Positions 1 to 13,577 of a stretch of 64,000 nucleotides of DNA are shown piece by piece; position 1 is the stretch's first letter, and the number at the start of each line of letters is the position of its first letter. The notes under the pieces are model-generated. The model was not told the origin of the DNA. It was given only the letters and a program-made list of their open reading frames with translations, and searched no databases. Both the position numbers and the translations under genes were made by a program. The stretch is from Tubiluchus corallicola (lineage: Eukaryota > Animalia > Priapulida), in NCBI GenBank assembly GCA_030141605.1, contig JAQGDQ010000324.1, positions 77,745 through 141,744 on the forward strand, written 5' to 3'.

Positions 1-230
1 AAATTGAAAGAAAAGGGAAATTTATAAGCTCCAAAATAACACAGAGTAAACAATTTGCAAAAGTTACGTCAGACGATGAAAACTGACTGGCACAATTATT
101 GATTTTTCTACAGGTTTTCTATAGAAAGAGAAAGGCAAGGTTGTTGATTGTCGCTACACAACAGGAAGCTATTATGACTGCATAGTTTGGTCACGCATTT
201 AACACGAGAACGAAACCGTCTTAAACCAAC

Positions 231-309
231 CCGCGAGAGTGAGTAATAGTCGATGAGCTCCGGCCGATGCCTGTGTATGAGCGCACACAGCCCCAGACCG
301 TTTTTCCAG
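231..309 (-). CDS. ACTN: Alpha-actinin CH2 exon, alternative copy B ([27 protein letters not shown])
   Basis: 79-nt exon, acceptor tttcag, donor GTTGGT, phase 2 to phase 0. Paralogous to exon 1450-1528. The gene continues beyond the left edge. Confidence 0.88.
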
Positions 310-494
310 CTGAAAGATACAGTGAAAGAGATAAAACAACAGTTGGTGCATGCAAGAATACAACAAGGACCACAGTGTGAAGAGCGACAATACGAGATGC
401 ACGTGAAATGGGTTTCTGTCAAGCGTTTTGGAAGACATTTTTGATTTAAATGGCTGGATTCTAAATAAAACACTGAAAAAATCTCTGATAAATG

Positions 495-906
495 CATTCA
501 TATCTTGGTTTGCCGGACCCCGCTTTCACGGGTATCGGAAAATTCGGACAAAACCTCTGTTAAAAGTCCCGCATGTCCGTTGTTTCGCGAACTGACCTAT
601 AGTTGGCGGGCCGTGACTTTGTTTACATCACGTACATCAGTGTAGCTGCGTGTATATCTCTACATATAAAAATATAGAATCAATTATGCGTAGTCATTTG
701 AGTCAATTGCCGACAGTTTTTATACACTTTTCCATAGGCACATTCCATACTAGATATTTTTGAGACAATTAGGCGATTAATTCTGCATTACCTTGAGTCT
801 GATACATGACAATCTACTGTATTAGTTTACTATCGGAAAATGCGGACAATCGGCAAATTCGGACCAACGTCTCCCCGCTTTTGTCCGGCAAACCGAGATA
901 TGAGTG
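495..906. mobile_element. MITE with 24-bp TIRs, between the two alternative actinin exons
   Basis: Left end cattcatatcttggtttgccggac vs reverse complement of right end cactcatatctcggtttgccggac (22/24). TA on the right flank. No coding capacity. Confidence 0.7.
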
Positions 907-1449
907 TAGTTAAACACGATACCTAACTGCCTGACTAACTAGGTAACATGCTGTCCAAGTCGACCCCAAGGAAGAACTATTACGGTTTTACGTTTAAGAA
1001 ATCAAAAGGAGAACTAACATTGAAAATCTATTATCGAATATTTTCAATTCTTTGAGTTTGATCTGCCTCAAAACTCGATACTTCAAAATTACTGAGAATC
1101 ACAGCAGCACAATATGGATATCAAAAATATCCCGATAGATTTTAATAACCTTGCCTCTTAAACCATCTACTTTACTGTGATTATAGATAAAACGAATGCA
1201 TATTGCAAATATCAGCATACGGATTTTCAAATCGGATTTAACTAAATTCAAAAATGTTGACTCAACAGTTCTAATTCAGAATATGTTCATTTGTAATTCG
1301 AAAAGTGCTACAATGTCTTTCCCGGCACAAACACCCATTTCACGTGCAATTAAAATTAAATGCATTAAAAGTTCATGACAACAAAAGGCTGAAAACTGTG
1401 AAAGTTTTTAAGAAGCTGAAAGAACGAATGCATGTGAAGGACGATGTAC

Positions 1450-1528
1450 CTTCCGCAGGTCATCATAATCAATAAGTTCGGGACGGTGGCGATGTATGAG
1501 GGCGCAAAATGCCAGCCCATCCTTGAAA
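1450..1528 (-). CDS. ACTN: Alpha-actinin CH2 exon, alternative copy A ([27 protein letters not shown])
   Basis: 79-nt exon, acceptor ttttatttt-ag, donor GTACAT. Matches the actinin CH2 consensus [22 protein letters not shown]. Confidence 0.93.
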
Positions 1529-1738
1529 CTAAAATAAAACATCTTTTCATTTTTACCACCGGCATTTGCATTACTGAAAAGGTAATCTCACACGCCCCAA
1601 TATTATTGTTACTACATTTTCATCATTGATAAAATATGCCACAAGCGCTTAGAAGCCCCAGGTATCATAGTTTAATGGTAGAAATATTACACACGTGTCT
1701 TAAATATGATGTCAGTTTTTGGATTTCGACATGATAAT

Positions 1739-2005
1739 CAAGGTTGTGGAGTTGGTACATTAAACTCCTGACTCTGGCTCCGACTCCTAAAATTTTAGAA
1801 GCCCCAACTCCCGACCCCAACTCCGAGTTCTGCTTTAAATAATAGTTTGTAGTACTCTCAATATTTAGCTACAGTGGCACTCTATCACCACTCGAAAAAC
1901 AGTCTAGCTGCATAGACACCAATACAAAGTGTCCCAAAATCGGAAATTGTGTATAAAAGTAAAAGTTCAAGGTAACTACTGCAGACTCCAACTCCACATC
2001 CCCTA
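1739..2005. mobile_element. hAT-like MITE
   Basis: Ends caaggttgtggagttgg ... ccaactccacatcccta are inverted repeats. 8-bp TSD atgataat / atgataac (7/8). Internal gactcc repeats. Confidence 0.7.
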
Positions 2006-2912
2006 ATGATAACCATAAATTTCTTTATGTTTTTAGCTTACTGAGAACGGTTACCACTTTAAATGAAATGGTGAGAAGTCTTGAAAGTTGATCTTCTCAC
2101 AAACTTATGACAAATTATGTTGAATGAACTATTGGTCACACTTTTTGGGAATAGTAAAGTTTGGCACAGTGTGTACTAAGCAATAGAAATCACGCAATGA
2201 TAGACCTAGCTAATAAATGGAAGAGCGACCAACAGGACAATCACTTCCGCGTTCTTTTATCTGTCATACTACGTCTGGCTACGTGTTCTGCTAAAAGTGC
2301 TTACATTCAGAGATTGCTAAGACAACTGTGGGACTTCAATATCTCATGTTATACGATTACTGTTATCATTATCTGTAATAAAGAGAAAGGTGCCAGTCCT
2401 TCTACAACTATAAACATAACAAGTAGGTCTCGCTGTTGAGGGATGCATACTGGCTTGGCGCACCAAAACAGAACATCAAGGAACACAAAACAAAAACGCC
2501 AGGCCCAGCATTTAGCTGTTCGATATAAAACAAACTTGCTTACAAAAATGATATTTCTAATTATTGTTTCTAGTGCACAAAAACGAAGTAGTGATGACAT
2601 AAAAGTAGTAAAAGCTCTTTGATCACAAGCAAGTGTTTTATCCACGTGAAGCAAAAATAACGAGCCAATTACGCGAAGTTATTTCAGTGAATTACTGAAA
2701 GTTTTTATACACATTAAAATAGGAGCAGCCCTCCTATTTTGTTTCTGAGCGAATTAGGCGACTTATTCTTTTAACAGTGAGTCTAATAAATGGTGCCCAC
2801 TGCATTAGCTAGTGGGTCCTTTGCATTTTAGCATTAACTGCTGGCAAAATGCCAAGATAACGTTGCATCAATATGGCAGAAGTCAGAAACAAATAATGAT
2901 TTCATCTCGTAC

Positions 2913-3000
2913 CTCATGTGAAAGTTCTGTATGTTTACATTCTTGTAAGGAGCAGTCTTTCGTTGACACCATAACAGCAAGCCTTCTTTTGCTGTTGATT
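2913..3000 (-). CDS. ACTN: Alpha-actinin exon ([30 protein letters not shown])
   Basis: 88-nt exon, AG/GT bounded, phase-consistent with neighbours; start of CH2. Confidence 0.95.
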
Positions 3001-3344
3001 CTAGACAAATGAAAACAGAAATGATATCATCAGAAAAACCAGCATGTAAAACAACTATATCATGAGCTATAAAACAGTTCAAGTCTGTCGCATACAAGTT
3101 GCAGTATTAGTAAGCACAGTTATACCTCTCTACCTGACTAGAAAATTTTCTGAGGCAAGAAATTTTAAGCTCTACAACATTTACTACGAGTTGATTTACA
3201 GTCTAGTGTGAACGCTTCAACCAGTTACTTTCGACACTTCTCGCGGTGACAGTGTCACCTTGCACTTACTGTCGAGAGAGTAACTTTCGGCAAGTTTTGC
3301 TTTCTAGTCTGAACAGGCTAGCGAGTTTCTCAGTGAAAAAACTC

Positions 3345-3630
3345 AAGTATAAGTATAAGTTTATTTACGATTATTACAACAAAAAATTTTAATTACAGTA
3401 CATCACAAAATTGCAATATAAAAAGAATAAGCAAGGTAGAACATACAGCAATAAGCACTATTACATCGTTACAAGATACATAAACAAAGTAAATTAAAAT
3501 TAAATGAGTCAAAACTGAAGTTTGGAAATTAAATTAACCACAATGAGATAAAACTGTTCTTGCATTTCTCTGTTCCGCGTCTAGGTAAGGGGAGTTTCAA
3601 ACTGTGGCGAGTACAGTATCTGGGCATCTG
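3345..3630 (-). mobile_element. 5'-truncated LINE 3' end (L2/CR1-group-like) nested in a MITE-like repeat
   Basis: Minus strand encodes RYCTRHSLKLPLPRRGTEKCKNSFISLWLI*, resembling LINE ORF2 C-termini, then an AT-rich UTR, AATAAA and an (ACTTAT)n tail. Flanked by aactc on both sides. The host repeat (about 3137-3650) recurs near 36.2, 54.4, 55.4 and 63.4 kb. Confidence 0.55.
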
Positions 3631-3950
3631 AACTCGCTAGTTTGAACCGCCTTAACGACGACAATTAGGCATTCATTTAAAACATTCAAATCTTAAATTT
3701 TTCAGTTTGGCTTGAATACACTAAGACATTGCGAAGTTACTAAAAATAGTAGCCGACAGATCGAAATTTCATGTAAGCATATAACATTTCTTTAGAAAGA
3801 AAATAACAGTACCAAGTTTCACTAGACAGATAAATGAGAAAGAATGTAGTTGTAAATACTGACTTTAAACAATAGGAGCAATTTGGTGCAATTAAAGTTT
3901 TTATGATAAACAAGCATGGGTCACAAGTCATTTATTTCACATAATGATAC

Positions 3951-4037
3951 CTTCAATGCTGATGTCTTGTATAGTAAACCTGAGAATAATGGTCCAAATC
4001 AACCCAAGTGTCATTTTTACGTTCCCGTCAACAATTT
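3951..4037 (-). CDS. ACTN: Alpha-actinin exon ([29 protein letters not shown])
   Basis: 87-nt phase 1-1 exon, ttttgcag acceptor, GTATCA donor. End of CH1. Not in the ORF track. Confidence 0.95.
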
Positions 4038-5188
4038 CTGCAAAAGAGAAGGTTTTTGTTTGGTTAGGATTAATGGAGAAAAAAACCACAAATTTTGAAC
4101 TTAACAATAATCAGGCATATGTTGTTGGAATGTAATAAAACTAAGGCTAATAACGGCAAGTGAACTTTGGCATTCGAAATTTGTAAGTAAATAATGAATA
4201 AGGAATTGCATTACAGCAATAATTACAACCTAATTCACAAAAGAATTCTCTTTAATCTGTTTATAAACATGATTCCTTAGTGAATTAAGTACTAATACCT
4301 GGTAATCAATGTCTGATTAATTATCATTATTTTTCACTTTGGAATAGAGTTGAAATCCAGTATTTAATGGCACAACCTACTCAACGCGATGTTTGAGATG
4401 AGCTACCCTCTGAGATGAGCCACTGAACTGGCAGCTGTGCCTCGGCCACATTTGAATACATAATTACCGAGCAGTCCTCGCTCAACGAGCTCAGAGCAAG
4501 CATTGAACCTACATGGGCACTATCCACCGACCAGTCTCGGTGTGGCTTAACTTCAGTCGAGAAGCACGCACATGCGCATGACCACTCATGTATGAACAGC
4601 GTGTGCCCACATTCACTCATCAGGCTTAACTCTATTTTTGTGAAAGATAGGTATTGGCCATTCTTCACTACATTTTCTGACAGTAGCAACAGAGCGACTC
4701 GCATGTTAAAATGTTAAAGTGGCTCAGACAGCATTAGCAGACAGATGGCTAGAGAGCAAGAAATATGTGCTTTAACTATTAGGAAACCGATTACAGCACG
4801 TTCCAGCATTTCTACATATAAAGACAGATTAATTCCTTGGTCCCATTACAAGATTGTCTTATTAAATTGTTGTGTTTCAATGACAATTCTAAACGATTTG
4901 ATGATAATTTTAAACGATTCGACATCCATCATTGACACAAAAAAATCACAGACGGATTCATTGAAGGTAAAGTTTTATGTTTTCTTTATGGGTTTTACCA
5001 TCAGTGCATCAATGACAAATACCTGTTTGTTGTTTGAATTTCTTACAAATCATAAACATGACAACCCACCGTGTCTGTTTTATAAATACAAATTCATATC
5101 ATCTTGAGTACTAAACAAAACATTTGTTAAACCAGTGCTATAAAACACCTATGCACAACTAACTTGATTAGTTCATCGGGTAACTTAC

Positions 5189-5423
5189 CTTCAGCACCAA
5201 TAGAAACTAGGTACACGCCCTTGCTGGCGATGAAGTCCAGAGCTTTGTTGACGTTGGCTATTTTGTGGAAGCGCATTTTACCCTTCTCCGGCTTCGGCAG
5301 CTGTTCCCCGGATATGACTTCCAGGAGGAGCATGAGTTTGAGCCCGTTACAGAAGTCCTGCCCGATGTCCTCGATCTGGGTGCCCGCCTTGCGTAGATGT
5401 GAGTTGCACCATGCTGTGAATGT
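5189..5423 (-). CDS. ACTN: Alpha-actinin exon 2 ([40 protein letters not shown]...LVSIGAE), CH1 domain
   Basis: 235-nt exon, ttcttcag acceptor, GTAAGT donor. Actin-binding CH1 signature motifs. Confidence 0.96.
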
Positions 5424-6385
5424 CTGAAGAAAAAACAGATTTTTGATTATCTGGACCGAGTACTGGTCACATCAACTGCTGTTTTGTACTTATTATAACT
5501 TATTTTGAGTCTCGCATGATTAGCATACAGCAAACTGTTACTCCTTCAGGAAAACTCCAAATCAACCAGTATGGAATTGGATTTTGGATTTTACAGAATT
5601 GAACTGGAACTAGTTACTATTTATTAGATTAATTTTTGTGGGTTTACAGGTAGTGACGACTGACCACATATGCATTACTGCTAAGCATTACCAAATCGTT
5701 AACGCAGGTTGGCATGTGTCGCTAGATAATTCAGTAATGGAATGCATGAGTGAAATACTCGATTGTTTCCACAGTCCACATGCTGACAAGCAGACTTAAA
5801 TGCAACTAGAAAACATGAGAAATGAATCAGACATTAAACCGTATAACGATATTTTATCAAACCCACGGCAACGATCGAGCAATGCTTGTCAAATTGCTAA
5901 TATATGGGGCACGATCTAGCGACACATTGCTAATACATGGGGCACGATCTAGCGACACTTGTCAACATACGGGTAATGATCTACTGATGCTTAGCAGCAC
6001 ATGGTCACCACTAGTAAAGCCACAAAACTTTAATGACTATATGTAACTAGTTCAGGTTCAACTTTGTTGACTTGGAGATCTCAATCCTCAGAGGTTGACT
6101 TACAGTTCTTAGATAAGTTTCATAATTAATATAAACCTTTTCAGTGAAAGATAAGTTCATATAAAAAAACCATCACTTCTAAGTCCATAACAACTGATCA
6201 ACTTGTGTTCACACTGTTGAACAAAAACAACAAAACAAGTACGTTCAGGCGTCCTTTGCTACATAAAAACATTGAAACCATAAAGCAAGCTAATGCATCT
6301 CCTTAATGCCATAGAGATGTGTTTTTGACGGCAATTGACTGGAATTTGAAACTGGCTCACAGGTGCAAACGAGCAAATATCTTAA

Positions 6386-7069
6386 AGGACAAGAAAAGGG
6401 GTACCTGAAATAAGTTTCAGAAAAATCGCCTTACAAATTATATTACTTTATAGCAATTTTATGCGTATATCGTACTCGCTTTGAAAGGAATTTTTGTTTG
6501 TTTTCCTTTTAAATCTCCCACAATACTCTTCCGACTATGCCGTTGCATGACGTCATATATACACAATGTAAATCAGGAGAAGAAAAGGAAATGTTAAACT
6601 ATGTCCCAAAAAACTTTCCATGCAAAGTTATATTACTTAGCATTTCGCTTACATGTGTGAAAGACTTATGTAACTAGAAAAGAAAATTATTAATTATCTA
6701 AATGCTTTCACCAATTGGCAAAATGTTGCTGACTCACCCTCAAGGGTGCACCAGTAACCAAAAAACCTATTTTTAATCTTATTGACAAAACACAGTAATT
6801 TTAAATTTTATTTAGTTAGTGACGTGTGCGGTACGAATGCTTTGATTATTTTTTCGAACTTTACACAATGTTATCTAAACTTGCTTCAAATGTTTCAAAA
6901 TGGCCGCGTCTAGTTTGAGTTTAAATTTACATCGCGGGAGTTTAAATTTACATGTTTTATACAGCGTTACTGCCAACGCAAGTCCTGCATGCAAAAGGGC
7001 AGAACGAATGGGTATAAAATCTCAAGACAATTTTTTGAGCTTTATATAAGTGGAGGGTTTTCTTGTGCT
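6386..7069. mobile_element. Non-autonomous DNA element with TTAA target site (Kolobok-like), family A
   Basis: ttaa-aggacaagaaaa ... ttttcttgtgct-ttac. An inverted homologous copy lies at 41686-42352; partial copies near 33.5, 36.5-37.4 and 38.3 kb. Confidence 0.7.
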
Positions 7070-7719
7070 TTACCATCTTACTTCAAACTCATACTTCAGG
7101 TTTGCTTTTGCCTTTGCCTTGAGAAATAACAGTTCACACTGTCAGATGTATTTGCTTTACCACCTGATTCTAATAAGTGGCAGCCTTGCTAGCAATATTC
7201 TCCAGTATCATGCAAATATTTGACATAGCAATGTTACATACATTTATGTATCTTATATACATATCAACTCACTGTATTATACCAATTAACAAATATTGAA
7301 AACATTAACAAGCATTTAAATAAATATTAATGAATATTGTGTTTCAGCAAAACTATATTAAAAGACAAAATTTGCACAAAAGCAATTCCAAATTATTAAT
7401 AACACACAAAACTTTCTTATTATAGAAAAAAATTAATATATATTCGTATAACAATTAGCTATCTTATTGCAGTAAAAGCTAGGTAAAATCTAGTTAAATA
7501 AGAATTATGCTGACTTAACTGCTGAAATACGGTTACTCCAACCACATACATGTGTTTTATGTAGGTTGTCACATATTGTATTACAGAAAAAGAAAAATAC
7601 ACAAGGGATGGGTGCAAAAGTACAAATATGAATGGAAAAACTCCTCAAGGCCAGTAAGCGTGGCTTACAAATCAGCCAGTACAATTTTTCTTTCATGCAA
7701 AACTGAAGCTGGGGCATCA

Positions 7720-8247
7720 GTTGAACAATTGCACCATGTAATATTCAGATATTTAAAAGACTCACATGAATAATCACACTATGTAATATTCAGCTATTTA
7801 AAATACTCACTTGAATAATCACACTATGTAATATTCAGCTATTTAGCTATTTAAAAGTCACTTGAATAATCACATCATGTAATATTCAGCTGTTTAAAAA
7901 ACTTACTTGAACAATTGCACCATGTAATATTAAGATATTGAAAAGACTCACTTGAATAATCACACTATGTAATATTCAGCTATTTAAAATACTCATTTGA
8001 ATAATCACACTATGTAATATTCAGCTATTTAAAAGATTCACTTGAATAATCACACCATGTAGTATTCAGCTATTTAAAAGATTCACTTGAATAATCACAC
8101 CATGTAGTATTCAGCTATTTAAAAGATTCACTTGAATAATCACATCATGTAACAGTCAGCTATTTAAAATACTCACTTGAATAATCACGCTATGTAATAT
8201 TCACCTATTTAAGACTCACTTGAATAATCAAACCATGTAATATTCAG
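7720..8247. repeat. Minisatellite, about 45-bp unit, about 12 copies
   Basis: Unit cttgaataatcacactatgtaatattcagctatttaaaatactca repeated head-to-tail with point variants; no unique spacers. Confidence 0.92.
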
Positions 8248-9739
8248 TGAGTTGTGTTACTATGTGCATAAACTATGAACACGTGAAGGTAGAACGACAG
8301 TGATGAATGTATAATCTTAGCCTACCCACAAAAAAACTATAATCACCAGATGCCCCTATTATAAATTTTTACAAGCATTTATTAGTAGTCAAGACGTTGA
8401 ACTCGTATCTCAGAGATCGGGGTTCTAACGCAGGTTCAAATAGTATTTTCTCACATTAAATTTTCTTTCTGTTAACTAAATGTGCGGCCCGGATAGCAGA
8501 AGGCCTGGGTTCGAGTCCCAAAACTTTTTTAGATTTTCTAATTCAGTAATTCAAATAAAATAAAATAAAATAAAATCAAAAACTTATTATTTTTCCCAAC
8601 ACATAACGTTAGTTAAAATTTAGTAACGTATATAGCCTCACGTGGCAAGAGCCCGTCAAATGGGAAGGGGTGACGAAGAAGATACATTATCGAATCAGCC
8701 ACCCCAACTCAGTTCTGTTTTTCGCATGGAGTGCCGACGATCACTAATCAAAAATAATAATTAATATTAATATTATTACGTATTAATACGTAAATGAATT
8801 ACGTACTTGTTTTCACCTATATAACATTAAGCATATAATATATAATTCAGTACTGAATAAATAATTTCAAGCAAGTTACACCAGGAAAACTGTGTGTATG
8901 TTATTTTTCTCCGCAAACACCTCATATGCTTTTACTGTGATGAATACACTAGAGAAGAAATCACCTAAACAAAACTGGGTTAAACTAGCAAATCATTTTT
9001 AAATATCTTACTCGGCAGAAAAGGTAAAAAATCTAGACTCTAAATGCGTGGTCAGGCATTGAACAATCTATGCCTAAGAATTGTGAGAATAAGGAAAGGA
9101 AATACAGTCAGCAAGTCTGCAGCTGAAACAACAATAATTCCAGGATACAGAGGAACGTACTTTGAATTGTGGACATACAGCATTGCACGATCAATTTTCC
9201 TGTGACCAAGCCTGGCAAAACCACGAATATTAGCTCCATTAGAGAAAGCTTAACACCCGTATGCATAATCATTAATCAGACCAATCTGATTTAATTCACC
9301 CATTCAGGGGGAGGAAAATTAACAGTTTGGGGTGACAGTAATTTGAGGAAGCGACGCGGATAAACCTTTGATCACGAAGTTTACGTGTTAATGACATAGG
9401 TGACACAGTGTTTATATAATTTGCAGGTAAGAGGCATGCATGTGGGTCAACGCTCTTTAAACTTCACAACACTGGCTTTACTATGTTCATCTGCTGATAA
9501 TGTGCAGCACAACAGAGCCTCAGAACCCCGGGGGGCAAAGCCGGCGGATTTGTTTAACGTTGTTCTTTAAGAAACGGTAATGGTTTGGGTTTGACTGATC
9601 TCTGGCAACCATTAAGTGCAGCAAGGGCAGTGGCCACTGATAAATTACAACGTTATTTTGCTGTATGTCGAGACACCAACGATCTCAAGCAGACTACACA
9701 ATTATTGATTTTCTGAAACCAAACTGCACCGAAGAGAAG

Positions 9740-10071
9740 AAAATACGAAAAGCGCCGGATTTGAATCAGCGACCTTTAGATCATAAATCCAAAAACATGA
9801 CAACTGGACCACACAGCACCTTGTGATTGTGACGAATCTAAATTCGATCCTAATCGGTCAAAACTAATGTAACTGTTAGTTTACTAACACAATCTTGAGT
9901 AATTACTGACTAATTAGATTAAGTTTTGCAATTAATTTAGTGTCTAGAATAACTGAAAGATAATTAATTAATTATTTTGTCCTAATCACAAAACCTTATG
10001 TGGCCTAGAGGTTATGACATTGGACTTGTAATTTAAAGAAACATGGTTCAAATCTTGGCTTTTCACATTTC
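9740..10071. repeat. Inverted pair of degenerate tRNA-like (SINE-head-like) sequences
   Basis: 9999-10071 tgtggcctagaggttatgac...ggttcaaatc has A-box and B-box-like motifs and aligns with the reverse complement of 9740-9813. Related fragments near 8385-8520 and 29370-29420. Confidence 0.5.
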
Positions 10072-13000
10072 CTTTTGGAAAAGTTTGGAAACGTAAGGAC
10101 AAAAAACTCAGAATTAAAATGGTTGAAATTTCTTTGAATAAAATTACTGATATTTATAAAAGGATGTAAAATCAGTTTTAAAATTCATACAATTTACAGC
10201 ATCTAGTTATTGAAAAAAATGATATGCAGGTCTATGTCAAAAGTGTAAAAAATTCACACATTAATTCAGCAATTTCGAAAATGATTTTGTCAAAATTGTA
10301 ATATAACCTGTTTACCCTTTCTATTCTTACACACAAACACTAAAAAATTCTGCCGCCAATCTATAATAAACATTTCGTCCATTGGCTTAGCATAATAAAA
10401 TGTGTCACCGTATGCGTGATGCAATGTTAAAACTTCAACAAATTCTGTTTACAAATTCTGCACATGTAAAGAAATAAATAAAGGTGTGATGTGTGACAAA
10501 TGGGCCATTTTGTGACATACTTATTGCTAATAATGACGCAAATTCATAAAGCAAAGGTAATGGGTAATAAATTTTATTTAACAATGGCAATTCGGTGGTG
10601 AACTTTGCACACATTCTCTGCACTTAAAAGCCATAATAGGTACGTTTTACTTTTGAACCAAATTACACAATAATAAATGCCTTAAAATGTGTTTGCCAAT
10701 GATCTCAAACTAATATGCAGTAAGACGAGTGCAGAAGATGAATAAAAAATCATAAATCATAAATGTGCCCAAAAAAAATTTAAATCATATTTTGCACAGA
10801 AAAAGAAAGACGAGCCTAATTCTACAGAGAAAGATTGTATAGAGATACATCAAATGCACATTAAGTGACTGAATGTATCAATGCTGAACACGGTGGTATT
10901 ATGAGTATGAGTCACAACAAAGGCATACAAACATTGAGCAACCTTTGTGCCGGAGTTTGTTTAATCAAAGCACACTTACATCTAACCGGTAGCGCTTCAG
11001 TGGTGCAGATGGCGGAGACCAAACTCCCAGCCAGATACTCATTACATCACTATATCTATGACAAATGCTGACATATTAATCCAACTGATTGATTTCCATG
11101 CATGTTCCACTGGACTGTTCCAATAACATGTTCCATTATTATCCACTGGATTGACAGACAATACTAAGCACATTCCGAAACTTTGAAAAAAGCTCTAGGT
11201 CTGCTAAGGCTCATAACATCGAAAAAAAGATGGCTTTAATTTCCGTAACGGAATTTCTGGGAAGCTCACCATTCGGTAGTTTGCCTCTCACAAAAGAAAA
11301 TGCAATATCTATCAAAGAGAAGGTTGCTAAAGAGAACCAAGAGCACGCAGACAACAAGAAAAAGATGAAGAAACATTCAAAAGCTCGCAAAAACTAAAAG
11401 AGAGATGAACAAAGGTCCACGATTCCACAGGATGATTCCAATTCCACCCAGTCACCAAGAACTAGCAAATCTCTTTCCCAAGTGCTCATCAAAAACCAGC
11501 AAACAGATAACACAATGCCTGACGTCCTCATTTTTCTGACTAGACCCGGCACATTGCCACCTCTGACTAGATGAATTCAGGACTCTTGAAAAAAGCGAAG
11601 CGACACAAGGAAATTGCAAATCTAAAATAGACTAAATCTAGGACGGTCACATGAACGTTAGACAAGCAAAAGGCTTCGCTAATAATATTACAAAAATAAA
11701 GGCAAGTCATAGATAACGGTTCACACGTGCACTCACTCATGCTTCAAACCTAGCCGACGAGTTCTTTTCCTAAAAGAAAATATTGTTGCTAATCTGAAAA
11801 ACTCAAACTGTAAAAATACATTTGAATCGTTGTGGCACCATCCTATTTTTGGAAAGGCAAAAATGTAGAAGAAACAAATTAATAACTGGCCAAGAAATCA
11901 AATCATTAACACGAGTTATAATGACATTTTAAAATTCTTATTAGAATTTATTTATTATTATGACCTTGCATCGATGGAAGACAGCACACACACGTAAGCA
12001 GGTTCCTCAATTTATTAACTTCAAGCACATCACCAGATTGCAAAACCTACTGCCAATCTAATCTAGTTGACTATATCATCGAAGGTCAGCTACAACATCA
12101 AGTCTCTTAGAGGAGGTACCCCCATTACTACGTCTCCTCTTCGGCTTCGATGTTGCGTCTTACATTTTTCTTTGGAAATTCTTAATTTTTTTCCTTTGGG
12201 TCTCTCTTAACTTTGCATGCTTCATGAAAATGTTGCTTTCCTGTCAACTTCCAGAAGAATAGTAACAGATACTTTTTCCCACCAGCAAAGTGTGAGGTAG
12301 TTATAATTCAATCTTTAAAGAGCGGTATTCAAATTTTCACTTTGAAACTGCAACCCATTACTTTGAGGGCTGTTCTCCTTACTTGGTAGAATCTATCACA
12401 CAAGTTTGGGGTGATTTTGTATGTAATAACTGATTTCCGCAGCAAATTTTCCGATTTCAGAAATACTCGTTTTACTATATGTCATTGTTATCAATCTTAC
12501 TGAAGTTAAGCCTGGTTAGTGGTTTTTTGTAGATTATTCTTAAACTACTTATAGCTCTTACACAAGCTATCCATTTGACATCAGTTATTTCATTTATTAC
12601 AATGCTTTTTTTGTAAAAGTAGATGGCACTTTAGGGATGGCAGACTAGATGACCGTTTTGGTGTTTTGCCATCCCGGCATTCTTTAAATATTGTTGAACG
12701 TGCTATTATAGTTTTTTGTGTTTATTTGCAAGGCAAACAAATGAATCATTCTTATCATTAGTAGGAAATGTTCTTTTTATAACTGTAAGTGTATCTCGTT
12801 GTCTTTGTAGCGGATGCAAATGGATATTAATTTTTTAACAGTTATACAGAAGAATCTTGAGCTTGAGTTAAGCAGCTTCCTGCTGTATTGACAATACTGC
12901 AAATCTAAATAAATATGTTTATATGAAAATTTTTTTCAATCTTTACATCATGCAGTTGAAAAATGAACACCAAATGAAATTTTTTACACTAGAAATGAAA

Positions 13001-13577
13001 ACTGCAAATTATTTCATCTAAAATACTTCACTAATGCCAGTTATTATAAGAAGTCTCTTATAAAATATTTCAGAATGCGATTTCTAATAAAATGCTTGCT
13101 AGAGTCAACGACATTGAGACGTTCTCGTAGAGAAATACAGCCCAGACTTCAAAACAGCTTCCTTAACCAGCCGCAAACATGTAAATTTGTTTATCCAGGG
13201 CAAACACAGGCTTTATTCAGGCTACGTCTGCATGCAAAATTACACAAATTAGTTTCATTTGGGGGGCCTGACTCCAAAAAGGTGTCATTACATCTGTTTC
13301 CGGAAGTAGACGAATGGCTGCAAAAACCACCGATTAACTTTCCGCGCTCGAACCGTCCAAGTTCACATTTACAAATTAAACTACTTTTCACAAAAATGCT
13401 CACGATGACAGGTATCTGGCACAGACCACAATATTTAAATTCCAACAAAGAGTAGAACAAAATTAATCATTTTAGCAGGTAAAATTATATGTGTTAATTA
13501 ATCAACATAGAACTTCCATAATTAGAGTGCCCAATTTATCTATATTCGGTAAAGGATAGCAGACTAGGTGACTTTAT

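Noticed and set aside
7720-8247. CRISPR-like array
   Set aside because: Contiguous 45-bp units without unique spacers, in an animal intron, with no cas genes: a minisatellite.
9999-10071. Functional tRNA gene
   Set aside because: A and B box-like motifs are present but I could not form convincing acceptor or anticodon stems; treated as a tRNA-derived repeat.
11230-11397. 55-aa basic ORF (MALISVTEF...KKMKKHSKARKN) antisense within actinin intron 1
   Set aside because: No recognisable domain or splice support; possibly a decayed retroelement fragment, which I cannot support.
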